DNA of 64,000 bases from Toensbergia leucococca (Eukaryota). Numbering within the stretch: the stretch's first letter is position 1; every line of letters starts with the position of its first letter. Below are positions 61,499 to 64,000 of the stretch, one piece after another. The position numbers were made by a program, and so were the translations under genes. The notes below the pieces were generated by a model. The model worked only from the letters and a program-made list of their open reading frames with translations, did not search any database and was not told the origin of the DNA. The stretch is from contig JALDZS010000121.1 of NCBI GenBank assembly GCA_022813965.1, positions 1-64,000 of the forward strand, written 5' to 3'.

Positions 61499-63880
61499 AT
61501 GGAGCTCCAGGTGCGAAGTCGTCAACGCGTTTCAGGTAGACAACTTATCACCCCTGTTAGTCCATCATCGTTCGTACAGCAGGGAACCGTTGATTGGCCG
61601 TCTCTAGCCAACGCATCCGTAAATGCATCAGTTTCAATCCTCACACGACTATCAGGACATGGCGTCGAGCTTTGGACCGCAGCTGTCGCGCAAGTCCTGT
61701 TGGGAAACATACGCTTGAGTGCCGAAGGCGAGTCTCATATCAACGAAGCCTTAGCGAAGTTGTATTCGTTTGGTAGCTATGGAAATCTGCTGTATTTTGG
61801 CTTTGGAGTAAAACATATGATCCGGACTCTGGCAGAGTCTTCCGAGGGGATGGCCACGGTCGCTATATGCTCATCTATTGCAGAAGTTCACGGCCTTGCT
61901 ATATCTACTTCGATTGTTTACGAGTATGCAAAATTGTACAGCACCGATGCTGGAGCCAGTCTCATGCCCTCGTTTCGACAATGGGAAGCCCTCATTAATT
62001 CTTGCTCGGGGGCCTTATCCAGGTCTCCATTTGGATCTGTCGTGGAATTCTTTATGAGGTTTCATCCGCAAACCCATATGTGTGGAGACCCCAAACAGGT
62101 CGCTCGTGCCTTGGAAGGTATTGCCAAGATTTCTAGTGGGCTTATGAGGTCTATGGTGTTGATAGGAAACTCCGAGTGTGGATTTCTGGCTGCAGTTGCT
62201 CAATGGCTATTAGGTTTACGAGTTGTAGTCCGCAATGTTGCCGGTGACATTGTGTATCCAAGCTCTGATGCGGACACAGATAATTACCAACTAATGGTCA
62301 TCTATTCAGATGATCCTGATAAGTCCAGAGCCATTAGTCGAACAGCAGATGCGTATTACATCGATTACATAAGAGATATCCTTCACGAGAGTATAGGCTC
62401 AGACTATGTGAGCGGACGAGTAGAATGGAAAACCGCAATCAGTCAGACGTTTGGATCCTCAGCTATGAAAATCTTTCAGGTTCCAGGAATTCTTGGCGAG
62501 ATTATCGGAAGCGCAGCCAAAATTTATTCTATCGACTGCGACAGTATGGACTTGAAGACCAGATTTCTCCAACCTATAATGAAAGGATTCGGACCAGAAG
62601 CGTCAGGGCGAGCCTTCATCGATCTGGCGTTGAGACAATTACCGGAACTCGCCAATTGCAAGGACGCGATGGAGTTAGCTGTGGAGCGACCCGACGAAGA
62701 TGCCCGCCTTCGATTTGAAAAGACAATAGCAATACTAAAAGAAGTGTGCGGTTGCTCATTCTTTTGTTTCCCTCAAGCTGCACGTGCCGACTTCATTGAT
62801 ATCACCGCTCTGGGTTCAAAATATCAGCCCAATGATCCTAAAAAGGGAGACACAGTGACGAGATGTCTTCCGCTACTTGCACTTACAATTATTCAGCTTG
62901 TAAGACAGTTGTCTACTATAGCGTCAATACCAGCTGATTTATTACCAAAACGTCGTGGGCTTGAGGCTCTCTTGAAAAAGATCGAGGAGCGATACTCGGG
63001 ACTCAGAGAAAACGTCGAAGACTGTCCTATGTCTAGTATCACTTTTTTATATACTCTTGTCTATCCTATTGGACTCCTTGATTTGGCAGCACTGATCTTT
63101 GGTGTCGAAGTCCCATTTGAACATCAACAGAGCACTACGATTGATCGTCACAGAGTCTCTGTTTGGGTCAATGGTGGCCTATGTTTTATTATGGATTCTG
63201 TGATTAGGCTGTCTGATAGAGCAGAGGAGTCATTACGTGTCCACATTATTCCAGGTCACATCGAATGGAATCAAAAAGTGTACACCAGGGTCCAAGATGG
63301 TAGTCTTGGTTCGCCCAGGTTGTTAATGGATCCCATGATCTTACCAGTACCGGAGGCCAAATACCGAGCCCAAGCGCAGCTAATCGATCGCATGACAGCA
63401 CGAGCAATAATAATGGAATCATCCGACTGCCTGCGAATGTCGTATGAGATCAAGACAGCATCAGCTTCATTCTTTCTCGGTCCTGGGCAGCTAAGCCATG
63501 AAATGGCCGGAGCGGCCAGCGGTCGTTCTTGTTCTGGAAAGAGATGCCGGCCTTTCGGCCGACTATATGAACACTTCTGGATTACAGTATATGGTTTAAG
63601 ACTTCCATACGCCGCTCCTGGAAACGTAATGATCCCGTTTGATGTACCCGAAAAGCCAAATATAGTCTTGTTCGGAGAGAACCCACTGGCGCGCTGCACT
63701 GCCTTGGCGGATCTCACTATGGCCAAGGCTATCCTTCAGGAAAGAGAGTGCATCGCTTGCTGTGCCAGGAGAGCCCTGATGGCGAAGAAACCACATGAGA
63801 TGGTCATAATTAGTCGTTTGACTGTGGAAGATATGGAGCAGTTGCTAGGAAGACGTGACCTGTTGCTACTCGACAGGTAG
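61499..63880 (+). CDS. Uncharacterised ~790-aa fungal protein (intronless)
   Basis: Long uninterrupted ORF with N-terminal FVQQGTVDW...LLYFGFGVKH and C-terminal Cys clusters (CSGKRC, ECIACCAR). I cannot name a domain. Confidence 0.85.
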   Translation: MELQVRSRQRVSGRQLITPVSPSSFVQQGTVDWPSLANASVNASVSILTRLSGHGVELWTAAVAQVLLGNIRLSAEGESHINEALAKLYSFGSYGNLLYFGFGVKHMIRTLAESSEGMATVAICSSIAEVHGLAISTSIVYEYAKLYSTDAGASLMPSFRQWEALINSCSGALSRSPFGSVVEFFMRFHPQTHMCGDPKQVARALEGIAKISSGLMRSMVLIGNSECGFLAAVAQWLLGLRVVVRNVAGDIVYPSSDADTDNYQLMVIYSDDPDKSRAISRTADAYYIDYIRDILHESIGSDYVSGRVEWKTAISQTFGSSAMKIFQVPGILGEIIGSAAKIYSIDCDSMDLKTRFLQPIMKGFGPEASGRAFIDLALRQLPELANCKDAMELAVERPDEDARLRFEKTIAILKEVCGCSFFCFPQAARADFIDITALGSKYQPNDPKKGDTVTRCLPLLALTIIQLVRQLSTIASIPADLLPKRRGLEALLKKIEERYSGLRENVEDCPMSSITFLYTLVYPIGLLDLAALIFGVEVPFEHQQSTTIDRHRVSVWVNGGLCFIMDSVIRLSDRAEESLRVHIIPGHIEWNQKVYTRVQDGSLGSPRLLMDPMILPVPEAKYRAQAQLIDRMTARAIIMESSDCLRMSYEIKTASASFFLGPGQLSHEMAGAASGRSCSGKRCRPFGRLYEHFWITVYGLRLPYAAPGNVMIPFDVPEKPNIVLFGENPLARCTALADLTMAKAILQERECIACCARRALMAKKPHEMVIISRLTVEDMEQLLGRRDLLLLDR

Positions 63881-64000
63881 TTGCCATTATTTTCTGACAC
63901 TCTCTGACATAGGCGAACTTGAGCCTCTCATCACAAGCTATCAACAAAGCTGATGATTGAAGAAATAAGCCTGATAGCCGTTGCTTCAGCCATTGTCAGT

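Overview
Gene-dense genomic window of a filamentous ascomycete (Pezizomycotina; short GT-AG introns with CTAAC/CTGAC branch points). I read about 23 protein-coding loci. Conserved genes: GNAT acetyltransferase, S10 serine carboxypeptidase, MED6, an atypical SDR, a PARP-type zinc-finger protein, a Sld7-C-like protein, amidase, ELP5/IKI1, a GFA/CENP-V protein, SNRNP27, a large GHKL-ATPase/DUF3684 protein, TRS120, PAC3, DHR1 and an aldo-keto reductase with a signal peptide. Also present are orphan and F-box-like genes, two Cys-rich membrane-protein genes with stop codons in their N-termini, and a 5'-truncated, C-to-T-mutated Ty3/gypsy chromovirus relic (about 44.5-51.0 kb) with an extra ORF between pol and the 3' LTR. 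The most striking unexplained structure is a recurring sub-kilobase compositional switch: a C/A-rich arm followed by a G/T-rich arm, with the same polarity whichever strand the gene is on. It occurs about ten times and is strong enough to reshape the C-termini of conserved proteins. All family calls come from recognising motifs by eye; no database searches were run, and exon boundaries are manual estimates.
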